DNA of 64,000 nt from an uncultured virus (IMG/VR IMGVR_UViG_3300047355_000120). Its lineage: Duplodnaviria > Heunggongvirae > Uroviricota > Caudoviricetes. The stretch lies in the IMG/VR virus record IMGVR_UViG_3300047355_000120. One strand, given 5' to 3'. The notes beneath the pieces are model-generated. The model had not been told where the DNA came from and ran no database searches. It saw nothing but the letters and a program-made list of their open reading frames with translations. The translations under genes and the position numbers were made by a program. Below, piece after piece: positions 26,546-37,585 of the stretch (position 1 is the first letter of the stretch; each line of letters starts with the position of its first letter).

Positions 26546-27319
26546 TTACTTTGGAAAAGGCCCATCATAATTTGGATTAGAATATACACCAGCCATTTTA
26601 GTTGCATTAGCTGAAATACCTGCACCAGCTATACTTGACAAACCACTAATCATACCTGTTAATGCAGCTGTAGAAGCTTGATTTGCAGCCATTTCTTGAT
26701 TAGCTGCTCTATCAGCTAAACCAGCAACTCTATTCATTTTTTGAACTTCTCTACCTTCTCTAGTGTTAAACATAAACTGTTTACCAGCGGCATCTAATCC
26801 TTGCATTCTTTGGCCTTCACTTATTTGTATACCCTGTATTCTGCCTTTTTCTTGCATCTGGATCATTTCCATTTTTTGTTCACCTTGAGCTTTTAGTTTC
26901 TCATTTTGTGCTTCTTGAGCTTCAATACTAGCGGCAACACCTTTTTTACTTTGTAATGCGGCTTGGGCTAAAGCAGTTGCTCCACCAGCACTAGAACCTG
27001 TAGCTCTTAATGTATCTAATGTATTAGCTAAAGCTATATCACTTTGTTCCATTTGTATTTCAGCTGACCTTGTAGCAACACCAAGATTAGCAAAAGGATT
27101 ACTTATCATACCGCTTAAATCCTTAGCCATAGAACTTAAATCTTTAGCACCAGAATAAGGGTTTATAATTTTTTGTCTATTTCTTTCTAGTCTAGATAAT
27201 TCCCTTTGCTGTTTTTCTCTTTCTACACGAGCTCTTCTAGCTGCTCTTTTAGCTGAGCCCATACCAAATAAACCTGAACCTAGGCTTAAAAGTCCACCAC
27301 CTACTATTGCCCAAGACAT
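26546..27319 (-). CDS. putative DNA pilot/ejection protein (257 aa)
   Basis: Gly-rich hydrophobic termini, Gln/Ala-rich coiled coil. Confidence 0.6.
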   Translation of the reverse strand: MSWAIVGGGLLSLGSGLFGMGSAKRAARRARVEREKQQRELSRLERNRQKIINPYSGAKDLSSMAKDLSGMISNPFANLGVATRSAEIQMEQSDIALANTLDTLRATGSSAGGATALAQAALQSKKGVAASIEAQEAQNEKLKAQGEQKMEMIQMQEKGRIQGIQISEGQRMQGLDAAGKQFMFNTREGREVQKMNRVAGLADRAANQEMAANQASTAALTGMISGLSSIAGAGISANATKMAGVYSNPNYDGPFPK

Positions 27320-27322
27320 ATA

Positions 27323-27781
27323 TTATGATTTAAGTTGTTTATTGTTTTCATATTCTAAATAATTTTTTGCTATAATTTCGTTCTCAAGATCTGATAAGTT
27401 TTCATTATTATTTGGGTTTCCATAAATATTAACAAAAATAGAATCTTCTAAAGCTCTTATTAATCTTTGAGTACCTCCGGAAGCTTTTACATAACAAGGT
27501 GCTATATATTCTTCTACACCCTGTTCGGTTTCAACTAATAACTTACCTGTTAATAAAAACCATATATGATCATGTTGATGTATTTTACCCAACACAAACG
27601 TATCTTTTTCCATTTTCATTTCCCTTACATAAACACCATGTGCAAACATATGTTTTAAAGGAAACTTTTCACTATCGCCAGTTACTAATTCATTATTGTT
27701 TTCAGCTTGATATTTTAATTCATTTTCTAAATTTACTAAAGATTTTCTATAATCTATAGTAGATTTACTTAATTTATTCAT
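27323..27781 (-). CDS. cupin-fold protein
   Basis: H.FAHGVYVRE...GKIHQHDH..FLLTG. Confidence 0.7.
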   Translation of the reverse strand: MNKLSKSTIDYRKSLVNLENELKYQAENNNELVTGDSEKFPLKHMFAHGVYVREMKMEKDTFVLGKIHQHDHIWFLLTGKLLVETEQGVEEYIAPCYVKASGGTQRLIRALEDSIFVNIYGNPNNNENLSDLENEIIAKNYLEYENNKQLKS

Positions 27782-27791
27782 TTAATTTAAT

Positions 27792-29780
27792 TTAATAAGA
27801 TGATTCTACTATCGTAGACGATATTGCAAATAATTCTTTTTTAACATTATTATAAACTCTATTGTCTAATGTCATTTTAACTGTTGAAAAGAATCCTTTT
27901 ACACCTGACATATCAGGTCCAAAGATAACCTCACCTTGTGTTGCTGTTGAATTATTTATAAGATTTGCAAAATACTTATCTTCTTTTTTCTTAAAAGTGT
28001 TTTGCCATATTTGATTTTCAAGAGCTGTTAAATCTGTTTTAAACACGTATTCAGTTATTGGTAATGTAACATCACCAGAACTAGATGTCATATTTTCTAA
28101 AGCCCAGCCCTGACTTCCTTCGTAATTAATTGTTTTAAAGTTTTTAACAACTGAAGGATTTGAATTTAATATTAAAGTAACTGTTGAAGGATATATTAAA
28201 CCATAATAGTTACCGTAAGTATTTAAAGCGTTGTGATAATATATATTACCATAAAAGAAACTATAAAAATCACTTTTTATACTTGTTATATATGAAGGTC
28301 TATATTTATAAAAACTAGTCCAACCTAATATAGACTCATCAAAAGAAGCAGTGCTATAAGGTTTTAATTGAAAACTTATATTTGCACCAGCTGGAATAGA
28401 ATTAACTAATTCACAAGTAATAGCTATTGTTGAAAAAGAAATAACATCTCCAGAGTCTACACCCCAACCAGATTGATCAGTGTTAACCCTAGTTGATGCA
28501 CCGTTATAAGTTGGATATAAAGTTGTTGTAACTAATCCTCTTGATACTCCAGTTGTTGTATTTAAAGATTTTAAACCTGTTGTTATAACAGTTGTTAAAT
28601 CTCCTGCAAAAGTAAAATGACCTCCATTAACATTGTTTACTAATTCTACTTTACTTGTAACTGTATAATCATAACTTGAGCTTTTAGTTATACCATAAAA
28701 CTCACCAGTATTAGTATCAAAAATTTCCATGCCACTAGTTAATACACCTCCGGATGTTGCCAGAACAACTGTAACATCGTTACCAGCGCTATAACCTACA
28801 CCAGAATATGTATCTTTAGTAACTAAGTTACTAGGAGTTTCTTGTATAGAAATTATATAATTTTTACTATGATTATCCCACGCTCCAACTATATTGTTAG
28901 CTAAATTTAATCTATCTCTAAAAAAGTCATGCATGCCATAACTTGATATTTCTGTTATACCATCATGTGATAATCTTAATACACAACCTCTTTTTCTGTC
29001 TGTAAAATATTTTCTGTAACCATATACAGCAAAACTATTAGGATCCGTAGATATACCATATTCACCTGCATAAGCTATTATTTGACCTATAACTAATGGC
29101 CTAGATGTAACAGTAGCGTTACCCTCTGCAGAATATATTGCATCTTTATCTATTAAAGCTCTACTTACTTTATCTTCTTGAAATATAATTAAATTAGTAT
29201 CTTCAGCGTAAAGTCTTTGTATAGATCCGTTAGCTGGATCTGCTGATTTAGTTATGTCTAAACCTACAGAAAACTGATTAGTATCGTTAACACCAGTTCT
29301 AGAGTTGAATATACCAGAATATATAAGCGAACTAATTCTATGTTGCTGTGCAAATGTATCTTCAACTAAAAAAGCTTTAACACCATAATCTAATGATGTA
29401 TTGTTATACCCTCCTCTAATCCTAGCTTCTTCTATATACCAGTCTGTTGCCGTGTCAGAATCATAATCTTGAGGTATGTTAGCATTAGGAGCAACGCCAG
29501 TAAATTTTATTTGATCATTAAGAGTTACTGTTTCTGAAGAGCTTATTGTTATATCTTGATTGTTAGCTGCTACTGAAACCACGGTTACAGTTCCAGTAAA
29601 AGGATTTGTAACATTTGTAACAACTTGACCTGCGCCTATTTTAGTGCTAGGGTTTTGTAAGTTTATTATATTAGCTGCACTAGCGTTAGCTGGTAAAGTA
29701 ACAGTTTCTATATCTGTAATACTCTTGATTTTTTTTAACCAGAATGAATTAAAGTAGTTTACTTCTAATGTAGCTGCCAT
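27792..29780 (-). CDS. tail structural protein (stabilisation/nozzle-like, C-terminal part)
   Basis: IYSG..NS.TGVN..NQF, GEYGIS..P.SFA.YG...YFTD..RG.VLRLS.DG, FKTINYEG. Confidence 0.7.
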   Translation of the reverse strand: MAATLEVNYFNSFWLKKIKSITDIETVTLPANASAANIINLQNPSTKIGAGQVVTNVTNPFTGTVTVVSVAANNQDITISSSETVTLNDQIKFTGVAPNANIPQDYDSDTATDWYIEEARIRGGYNNTSLDYGVKAFLVEDTFAQQHRISSLIYSGIFNSRTGVNDTNQFSVGLDITKSADPANGSIQRLYAEDTNLIIFQEDKVSRALIDKDAIYSAEGNATVTSRPLVIGQIIAYAGEYGISTDPNSFAVYGYRKYFTDRKRGCVLRLSHDGITEISSYGMHDFFRDRLNLANNIVGAWDNHSKNYIISIQETPSNLVTKDTYSGVGYSAGNDVTVVLATSGGVLTSGMEIFDTNTGEFYGITKSSSYDYTVTSKVELVNNVNGGHFTFAGDLTTVITTGLKSLNTTTGVSRGLVTTTLYPTYNGASTRVNTDQSGWGVDSGDVISFSTIAITCELVNSIPAGANISFQLKPYSTASFDESILGWTSFYKYRPSYITSIKSDFYSFFYGNIYYHNALNTYGNYYGLIYPSTVTLILNSNPSVVKNFKTINYEGSQGWALENMTSSSGDVTLPITEYVFKTDLTALENQIWQNTFKKKEDKYFANLINNSTATQGEVIFGPDMSGVKGFFSTVKMTLDNRVYNNVKKELFAISSTIVESSY

Positions 29781-29804
29781 AATTTATTATCACTTATTTT
29801 TTAC
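29781..29804 (-). promoter_or_regulatory. putative late promoter (GTAAAAAATAAGTGATAATAAATT)
   Basis: Intergenic; shares the motif seen at 52211 and 46211. Confidence 0.45.
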
Positions 29805-29812
29805 TATTATTA

Positions 29813-32800
29813 CTAAGGACTAAATGGATATAAGTATATATTAGGTGAACATCCATTTACTGATGAACAAGCTTGTACGTAGCATGAAGTCCAAGGATTA
29901 GGTACGTATACTTTTGCATCACTAACATTAAATCTAGTAGAAAATTTATATTTAGTAGTTCCACCATTGTTATAAGGCGATGAACCTGCTGTTGTTATAA
30001 AACCTTTATAATTACTTACACCACCTCCTGCGTCTGCAAATGAATAAACCGTAGATAAAGCTGATGATGTATAAAATTGTGTCACATATTGACCGTAAGG
30101 CACGTGTGAGTAAGCATAAGAAGATCCAGCTATAGCATTGGGACAGTAATAGCTGTTTGAACCAGTTAAATCTAATGAATATTTGTAAGATTGAGCAGTT
30201 CCACCTGTAACGTTAGATCCGTTCTCGATAACACAAGTGCTATAATATAAGTCGTTTGAATTTACCCAGCAAGCCATTGTTTCAGCTTGTGTTGGAGCTG
30301 TTACGCTTCTTGCATTAAAAGCTGCAATCGCATATTCACCCGGTTGATTATAAGCTAAAACTCTTTGATCGTAAAATACACCGAATTGACCTGTTGCACT
30401 TGTTGTAAGATCTACTTTGATAGCACCAGAACTAGGTGTTCCTGTGTTTGAATTATCTATTGTAAAGTTATTTATATCAGCAATAGCAGCCCAAGAAGAA
30501 CTACTATTTGTTCTATGCCATACCCTCCATGTTACATCTGCATCTAAACCTGCTGGACCAGATGTTGACCATGTAAAACTAGCATTCATAGATAAAGACA
30601 TTGTGCCCTGTGTTAATGCGCTACCAATTTTAAACAGTGTGTTTGTTTGAGACGCGTCTCCTGTTTGTGCTGTGCTTGGAACTACAATAGCATTTGATCC
30701 GTTAAAAAAATCACTAGCTGTTAATGTATTGTCAGATAAATACCAAACGCCTGTTATAGGTCCTGTGGCTTGTCTTTTTGTTATTAATGCATTTTCTATA
30801 GGCATACCCGGAAGATTTGTGTTTATAGGACCGGTTATACAATTTGATTCTATTCCCGCATTAGCAGGTTGAGGACCAACTATAATTATTTGATTAGAGT
30901 TTGAGTTTAAACCACCAACATTAGAAACTCCATTACAATCTTCTATTTTTAAAACCAAAGTATGTTGACCACTTGGAGTGTTATTAGCTACCTGTGTTAT
31001 ATTACCTCCATTTGTTCCGCTTTGTACAATATCAAAAGAAGGCTGACCATTTACTCCAGTAGGATTACCAGATACAATAGACCATTTAAGTTCGCTAGTA
31101 GTGTTTCCAGTATTACCACTGTTTGTTCCATTGACAGCAGTAGTATTTTGACCATAAGCAGTCATACCATTGTTTACATCACCAGTTTGATCAACAGTAA
31201 CGTTTATTGTTGGTAAAGGTGATTGAGTAAAAGAAGGTACAATATTTGTTAAACTACCTTGAAATTGTATAGTTTGTTGTTCGTTAGGAGCAAGCAAAGA
31301 TGTTGAATCAACTTTTATTGTTATTGAAAATGTAAAAACATCATTAGTAATACTGTTTTCATTATATATAAAGTATTGATTTGATGGAGTTACATTAGGT
31401 GTACCAGGAGTTAAACTCGCTTGCGATGTTAATATTCTATAAGCTTTATAAGTAGTACTAGTAGGGTCAGAATCTTGTTGAATATAAAATTTACCAGTTT
31501 GATCACCTAAAGGAGAACTTACAGCAAAAGTAATACAGCTAGTAGGATAAGCTGAATCAAAAGCCGTGCCCTCATTAGATACAGGATAAAAATAATCTGT
31601 TATAGGGTGTCCCGGTGCATCACTTTCTAGTAACTCAAAATTTTGAGCTGTAAAACCAACTGGTCCATCATACCCAGTAAGAACATCTGCATTTAAATCC
31701 GCTATCAAACCTACAGTTCCTGTTTCCCAAAATATATCTAATAATGACTCTACAGGTTCAGTTTCATATATAGCCAAAAAAGGCTGCATGTTAAGGTGTG
31801 TGTTTGCTGAATCAGTTTCTACACCTATTGTTAAAGTAGTTGATAACCTTGCTATTAAAGGTTTAGTATCAATTTGATATAAATTTTCTTGTCCTTGTGG
31901 CCCAAGATTATCAAATTTCATGTTTGAATCTTCAGTTGTAGCTATGCTAATAGCTGTATCTGTTAAATTAGCAGGGTAAAATTGACTATTGTTTTTAGCA
32001 GCGTTTGCTGATGTTCCAACAATATTATTAGTAACTCTACCATATAACTGAACAGAACTTCTAAATTGTTTTTGATCAGGCCCAACTTCTTGTAAGTCTC
32101 TAGGAACTTTGTTTATATTATCATTTATTAAAACTATATTTGCTGTTTTATTTTCTTCGTTTTGAGGAAAAGGTATAGGTGTGGAAGATGTAGCTCCAGA
32201 TATGCTAGGATAACCGTTTAATATACCAGGTAAATAAACATTGTAATATTCTTGTTCTGTTTGTTTAACAACAACCTTATAAGAATACCAACCAATAGGA
32301 TTTATTTTATAAGCAAATTTTTTATCTGCAGTAGGACCTATTAGTGTATCATTTAAATAACTTGAATTAACTCTACCATCTGTTGTTATAGTATATGCTG
32401 GACCTCCAGATACATTTGTAACTTTAACAAAATCTATATATTCACCTCTTAAATAATCATCTACTGCAGGAACAGCAACATTACTTGGATACGTAGTGCT
32501 GTCTAAAGTAAATGTATAATCAGTATTAGTTATAGTAGCTTCTGGTGTTTGTTTTACAGCAAAACCACTGACATTAGTAGGAACAGCATACAACCCTGGT
32601 TCTCCTGATTGTGTAGAAGTTCCTGTTGTAAAATCTGGATAACCATTAAAACCGGAGCTAATAGTATCTGTTACAGAAAGTTGTAATGTTTTTCCAAACC
32701 AATTTTTTATAGTTCCTTGATTTGCTGACGTGTTGTATGGTAAGTACAAAGTAGATCCTAAATAGTCTTGTGCTACTTCTGCAGTTACTGGTGATAATAT

Positions 32801-34315
32801 AACAGAAGACTGTCTTCCATATTTATCAGCTAAAATAAAACCAACTTGATAATTTCTATTTTGTTTTAATGTATGATTAGGGTATTCAATCCAGCTTGTA
32901 GAAAATTTTGAACCTTTATCAATTACTTTTACATCATATTCTATATTACTAGGTGCTGTATGAATATCTTTGAAATTACCATATATTATTCTATTACCAG
33001 CTGTTTCTTGTGAAAAAGCTCTAACTGGAACTTTATCATATACTCTTGTAGTTTGTTCTTGTGGTAGTGTTTTATAAGGTTTACGTGATTGATAATCGTA
33101 AGTGTATATGTTATCTACAGATTTAGATTGAAGATCAGATAAAGAGATAGTTTCTAAAACTTTAACAGCTAATGCATCAGACTCTTTAAATAAAATATCT
33201 AAAGATTTTATTTTAAAATTAGTAGAAATATCTGTACCATTACAGGGAAGAGTTAATAATAATTCTATATTATTTATTTCATTTTCCATCCACTCTACAA
33301 TTGTACTTCTAAAAGCGCTGTCTTCATCACCGTTTTTAAAATAACCTTTTTGTTTAGGAATATAAGCTACTTGACTAAAAGGCGCCATAATAGAATATTC
33401 TCCATCATCAAATCTATATCTATAACTAAATCTAACAAATCTATCTTCTAAATAGTCAGGATCACCAGGCCAATTAGGCGTCTCTGCTTTATTACTCATT
33501 GTTGAGCTTAAAAAAGTAAATATATCTCCTGTAGCAGGTGGAGTTATTGGTTTTGATAAAACAACAACAGTCATTAAAACACCAAGGTTTGCGTCTATTA
33601 CATTTTGTACTGTGACATAGTCAGATGGTGTAACTTTTTCTGTGCCTGTAGAGCTTATAGACATTACAGACATACCTTTTTTAATTGCTGTATTTCTTAA
33701 AACATAAAAAGTAGTTGTGGTAACAGCTTGATTTAATACAGTTCCTTGTGTTTTTTTAAATAAACTTACAGGTAAATAAGGATTATATTTAGCTACAGAA
33801 ATTTGAGTTTCATCTTGATAATAACTACCACTATTGTTTACATTTACTTTTCTTGGTTGGTTTCTGTTATCAGTAAAAAATAATAAATTTTCAATTAAAC
33901 TAGCTTGTATAGGATTAGTTGTAGAAAAATTTAAAAACAAACCATCAGCTATTACAGTTGCCGTTGCTGATCCAGGTACCCATGAATATATAATACACCT
34001 ATCTGTGTTTGAAGTAGGATACGCAGGTTGATCATTTGGATTACTATCAGTATAGTTTGTAGCAAATATATACATTTTAGAAGTATATTCATCTACTAAA
34101 TAACCTATTATTTTTATATTTTTGGGAAGAACTGGTGTTATTGTAGGTGTTTTTATAGCATTACCTAAGACAGTTTCTAAAGAACCAATATCATCAGCTT
34201 CAGATTTACCTACAGAAATATTCTGCGCATCTCTATATTCACCGTTAGGTATTAATCTATCATCCAAGTCTTTATTCATCTTGGATCTTAGAAAACTATT
34301 CTTTATTTCCGCCAT
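29813..34315 (-). CDS. tail structural protein (stabilisation/nozzle-like, 1500 aa)
   Basis: N-term KMNKDLDDRL.PNGEYRDA.NI, LFFTDNRNQPRK.N, RFSYRY.FDDGEYS, NRIIYGN. Confidence 0.7.
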   Translation of the reverse strand: MAEIKNSFLRSKMNKDLDDRLIPNGEYRDAQNISVGKSEADDIGSLETVLGNAIKTPTITPVLPKNIKIIGYLVDEYTSKMYIFATNYTDSNPNDQPAYPTSNTDRCIIYSWVPGSATATVIADGLFLNFSTTNPIQASLIENLLFFTDNRNQPRKVNVNNSGSYYQDETQISVAKYNPYLPVSLFKKTQGTVLNQAVTTTTFYVLRNTAIKKGMSVMSISSTGTEKVTPSDYVTVQNVIDANLGVLMTVVVLSKPITPPATGDIFTFLSSTMSNKAETPNWPGDPDYLEDRFVRFSYRYRFDDGEYSIMAPFSQVAYIPKQKGYFKNGDEDSAFRSTIVEWMENEINNIELLLTLPCNGTDISTNFKIKSLDILFKESDALAVKVLETISLSDLQSKSVDNIYTYDYQSRKPYKTLPQEQTTRVYDKVPVRAFSQETAGNRIIYGNFKDIHTAPSNIEYDVKVIDKGSKFSTSWIEYPNHTLKQNRNYQVGFILADKYGRQSSVILSPVTAEVAQDYLGSTLYLPYNTSANQGTIKNWFGKTLQLSVTDTISSGFNGYPDFTTGTSTQSGEPGLYAVPTNVSGFAVKQTPEATITNTDYTFTLDSTTYPSNVAVPAVDDYLRGEYIDFVKVTNVSGGPAYTITTDGRVNSSYLNDTLIGPTADKKFAYKINPIGWYSYKVVVKQTEQEYYNVYLPGILNGYPSISGATSSTPIPFPQNEENKTANIVLINDNINKVPRDLQEVGPDQKQFRSSVQLYGRVTNNIVGTSANAAKNNSQFYPANLTDTAISIATTEDSNMKFDNLGPQGQENLYQIDTKPLIARLSTTLTIGVETDSANTHLNMQPFLAIYETEPVESLLDIFWETGTVGLIADLNADVLTGYDGPVGFTAQNFELLESDAPGHPITDYFYPVSNEGTAFDSAYPTSCITFAVSSPLGDQTGKFYIQQDSDPTSTTYKAYRILTSQASLTPGTPNVTPSNQYFIYNENSITNDVFTFSITIKVDSTSLLAPNEQQTIQFQGSLTNIVPSFTQSPLPTINVTVDQTGDVNNGMTAYGQNTTAVNGTNSGNTGNTTSELKWSIVSGNPTGVNGQPSFDIVQSGTNGGNITQVANNTPSGQHTLVLKIEDCNGVSNVGGLNSNSNQIIIVGPQPANAGIESNCITGPINTNLPGMPIENALITKRQATGPITGVWYLSDNTLTASDFFNGSNAIVVPSTAQTGDASQTNTLFKIGSALTQGTMSLSMNASFTWSTSGPAGLDADVTWRVWHRTNSSSSWAAIADINNFTIDNSNTGTPSSGAIKVDLTTSATGQFGVFYDQRVLAYNQPGEYAIAAFNARSVTAPTQAETMACWVNSNDLYYSTCVIENGSNVTGGTAQSYKYSLDLTGSNSYYCPNAIAGSSYAYSHVPYGQYVTQFYTSSALSTVYSFADAGGGVSNYKGFITTAGSSPYNNGGTTKYKFSTRFNVSDAKVYVPNPWTSCYVQACSSVNGCSPNIYLYPFSP

Positions 34316-34318
34316 GTA

Positions 34319-35758
34319 TTAAAATTTAAGCCATTTAGATTTACCTCTCATAACCTGAATCAACTGATCAGATTTAAGATTAGATAATCTAATTTTAGCA
34401 TTTCTTAGTTTAGCACTTTTTTCTTTTTGAAATCTTTTTACTATATACTCCTGTATACCTCTAGTTACAGATATAATAGCATATAAAATATGTGCATATA
34501 AAGCTTCTTCGGCTAATTTAGGTATTCTAACATCTAAATCATAAGCATTTCCATCTGATATATATTCTAAAGTTATTAGTTTTTCAGCTAAATCACTACT
34601 AAAAGAAAACTTACCCTCTCTTTCGTTTATTGTAAACCAACCATTTTTTTGACTTGTTGGTGGGTTTAAACCATATCTTTGGCCTAAAGCAGTATCATAT
34701 AAACTATTATATAAAAGGTTAGCATTATCATATTCATTTAAAAAAGCCCCGCTAATTTTTCTTGGATTATTAGCTGCCCAAGCCGCATCAGTTTGAGATG
34801 TTCCAGTTATATTAGAATCTTTACTGTCCTGTGTAGGAACACCAGCGTCGTCTTGAACAGGGTTTTCATAAGGATTTGTTGTTAAGGTATTAGCTGGAAA
34901 AATTGTGTGTTGCACACCCATTTCATCTATCCAGGATAATCTAGTATAATTAACATAATCTTGAGGTATAATAACACTTAAAGCGCTGTTAACTGTTAAT
35001 TCTTGAGATTTAATACTTCTTAATGTATCGTAACTAAATTCTTGCAAACCACGTTTAGCGTGAAATATTACATCAGATCTTTTTACACTAGGTATAAGTT
35101 TTCCAGGACCAACATAAGCTATTAAAAAATTATCAATAGCATCTACTAGTCTAGTGTATTCATAACCGCCATAATTATCTTCAACAGCACTCTTATTCAT
35201 TTGTATTTTCAAATACGTTCCTAATGCTAAATAAGATGATACGGTAACTATATTACCAACTACAGACCAAGGTGAAGCAGATTTTAAACTTAAATTAGTA
35301 CCGGGATTTGCGGCTGGAATACTAACTACAATGTTAACAATAAAGTTTTTATTATCTACAACAGATACAACAGTTCCATAAGTAACGTTACCAGCAGTGT
35401 TTTGTATAAGCATACCTGGGACAACATTATCATTAGCAACTAGAATAGTCATTGTTTGGTTGGTTTCAACAGGATTAAGAACTGCTAAACCCGCAATAGG
35501 TGCGACAACTGTAGTATTAGCATTAGCTGCTGAAGGAGTTAGTTCTAGCCAATTTAAAGCGTCTGAAGATGTATATATTTTAAAATTATTTAAAATATAA
35601 TTGTTATTTAAAGGGTCTGAACTTCCAAATACTAAATCAGTATTAAAAGTACTAGTAAATGTTTGACCTGCACCTGCTGTGTCTATATAAAACTGCTGAG
35701 CTCCAGCGTAATATTGTCTATTTGTTTCGGTTATTAAACCACCATTAGGTATAGGCAT
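34319..35758 (-). CDS. neck/tail ring structural protein
   Basis: Synteny; DVIFHAKRGLQEFSYD, IPQDYVNY, LEYISDG. Confidence 0.65.
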   Translation of the reverse strand: MPIPNGGLITETNRQYYAGAQQFYIDTAGAGQTFTSTFNTDLVFGSSDPLNNNYILNNFKIYTSSDALNWLELTPSAANANTTVVAPIAGLAVLNPVETNQTMTILVANDNVVPGMLIQNTAGNVTYGTVVSVVDNKNFIVNIVVSIPAANPGTNLSLKSASPWSVVGNIVTVSSYLALGTYLKIQMNKSAVEDNYGGYEYTRLVDAIDNFLIAYVGPGKLIPSVKRSDVIFHAKRGLQEFSYDTLRSIKSQELTVNSALSVIIPQDYVNYTRLSWIDEMGVQHTIFPANTLTTNPYENPVQDDAGVPTQDSKDSNITGTSQTDAAWAANNPRKISGAFLNEYDNANLLYNSLYDTALGQRYGLNPPTSQKNGWFTINEREGKFSFSSDLAEKLITLEYISDGNAYDLDVRIPKLAEEALYAHILYAIISVTRGIQEYIVKRFQKEKSAKLRNAKIRLSNLKSDQLIQVMRGKSKWLKF

Positions 35759-35764
35759 AATTTA

Positions 35765-36688
35765 TTATCTTTGTTGATTTATATTTTCTTGTGCAACTTG
35801 TTGTGCTGCAACTTGTATTATTTCTGGACTTTTTATAACTACACCAGCATATAATAATATTTTTAATATTAATTCAGTTTGATCAGCGTCATGTAATTCA
35901 AAATTAACTGAAGTATTAGAATTATATACGTAAGCATTGCCACTTAATGAAAAGTTCCATATAGGTGATAAAGGTTTTCTTATATAATCTACTGTTATAC
36001 CACTTTGTATTGAAGTTGGGTATACAGTTATTTGTTGATTCTCATAAGTGTATATAGGATATGTAGTACTAGGTTTGGTTAACTTAGAGGAAAGTAAATG
36101 GTAAAGTTCTGATTTAGTAACTCTTTCTAATTCTTGAGAATTTAAAGCACCAATTTTATAGCTAACCGTTCCTAACCTATAAAAGTCATTTGAGTCAACT
36201 ACAGTTAAAACAGTAAAAACTGAAGCGGGTGAATTAGTTAAAGTTATAATGTTATTGTTGATAGTGTAAGCTGAAGACGGTTGTAATACACCATTAAAAT
36301 AAACCTGTACAGTTCCATTTGATAATTGGCCAGACGTTAATGTTGTATACGTATAAGCTTGTTGGTTTATTATAGTGCTAATTGTCTCTGTAGATTGAGC
36401 AACACCTGATTCTTTAGGTAAAGAAAAATAAGGAGCACTATATGTAGCGACTCCAGAAGTTTTAAAAATTGATATTTTTTCGTCGATATTTACAACTCGA
36501 TCTGCATAATCAACGTTAGTTTGTGGAACACGTAACTGCTGGTTTAAACTGTCAAAGTATGTTTCAAATATTTCTAATTGAGCTTGATTACCTATTTTAT
36601 TAAACTCAACAGGTGTCATATAACCCCTCTGTTCTTTATTTAGTATTAATAAAACGGTTTGATATACAGTATTTACGTTTATTGCCAT
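35765..36688 (-). CDS. head-tail adaptor/ring structural protein
   Basis: VNTVYQTVL..LNKEQRGY.TP.EFN, YIRKP..P.W; synteny. Confidence 0.65.
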   Translation of the reverse strand: MAINVNTVYQTVLLILNKEQRGYMTPVEFNKIGNQAQLEIFETYFDSLNQQLRVPQTNVDYADRVVNIDEKISIFKTSGVATYSAPYFSLPKESGVAQSTETISTIINQQAYTYTTLTSGQLSNGTVQVYFNGVLQPSSAYTINNNIITLTNSPASVFTVLTVVDSNDFYRLGTVSYKIGALNSQELERVTKSELYHLLSSKLTKPSTTYPIYTYENQQITVYPTSIQSGITVDYIRKPLSPIWNFSLSGNAYVYNSNTSVNFELHDADQTELILKILLYAGVVIKSPEIIQVAAQQVAQENINQQR

Positions 36689-36709
36689 TTTAATATTTTA
36701 ATTAATAAT

Positions 36710-36732
36710 GAGGGCCACAGAAGTGACCCTTC
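36710..36732 (-). terminator. hairpin (terminator or 5' leader stem)
   Basis: GAAGGGTCAC-TTCT-GTGGCCCTC on - strand. Confidence 0.45.
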
Positions 36733-36734
36733 AC

Positions 36735-36760
36735 TATATTATAGTTACATATTATTGTAA
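36735..36760 (-). promoter_or_regulatory. putative late promoter (TGTAACTATAATATA)
   Basis: Same core as the 46211 motif. Confidence 0.45.
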
Positions 36761-37516
36761 CTTTTTCTCTATTGTTTTAAAAACATCTACACCTTCATCT
36801 GTTTTAAACCAAGCAGCCATTGCTGAATATGGATTTTCGTCAAAAGGTACAGTCATTAGTTTTCTGTCATTAGATCCCCAACTAAATGTTCTTTGGTCTT
36901 GAGATAATTTAATTATGCTTTGTTCTCTAGCTTTAATAGCAACATTTCTTAATTCTACATTGTCATCGTTTGCAATATCTATAAATGCTTTAGGGCTATT
37001 TTTAGCCATAATAAGTAAATCTCTTTTAAGTTCTTTAGAAGTCATATTAGCTACTTCACTACCTTTTTCAACTCTTAATATAGCTTCTGCATGATCAACA
37101 CTTATATTTTTAGCAGCATTCATAGCTTCTAACTGTAAATCTATTTCTTCTAATTCATCAATAGCTTCTACTTCTTTAGAAAACTCAGTATATAAAATCT
37201 CTTTTTTTGGGTGATATAACGATAGTAATTTTTGTAAATTTTGTAATTGTTTACTTACAGTTAAAACACCGTTTTCAAATATAATATGACCTAATGTTGC
37301 TTCTCCTTTTTGTTCATCAGTAAATGGCGAAGCTTGATTAGTCGCATATCTTAATTCTCGCTGTGATCCTTTCGATTCATCAAACCATAATAAAGGATGG
37401 CGAGCTGTATGTTTAGACCCTAACGTAAAAGTTAGAGGTGATTTGTTTTGTGATAAGATATAAGTTCTATCTTTGATCTCCCATTTAGGGGCTTTAATTT
37501 CTTTTGTCTTTGACAT
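36752..37516 (-). CDS. conserved hypothetical protein downstream of capsid gene
   Basis: ORF track; RELRYATNQ.SPF.DEQ. Confidence 0.75.
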   Translation of the reverse strand: MSKTKEIKAPKWEIKDRTYILSQNKSPLTFTLGSKHTARHPLLWFDESKGSQRELRYATNQASPFTDEQKGEATLGHIIFENGVLTVSKQLQNLQKLLSLYHPKKEILYTEFSKEVEAIDELEEIDLQLEAMNAAKNISVDHAEAILRVEKGSEVANMTSKELKRDLLIMAKNSPKAFIDIANDDNVELRNVAIKAREQSIIKLSQDQRTFSWGSNDRKLMTVPFDENPYSAMAAWFKTDEGVDVFKTIEKKLQ

Positions 37517-37543
37517 GATATAATATAATATAATTAATAAAAA

Positions 37544-37577
37544 TAAAGGGCTAGGCGCCGAAGCGCCTAACTCTTTA
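37544..37577 (-). terminator. intrinsic terminator after major capsid gene
   Basis: AAAGAGTTAGGCGC-TTCG-GCGCCTAGCCCTTT (C-UUCG-G loop), then T-rich tract. Confidence 0.85.
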
Positions 37578-37585
37578 ATGTAATT

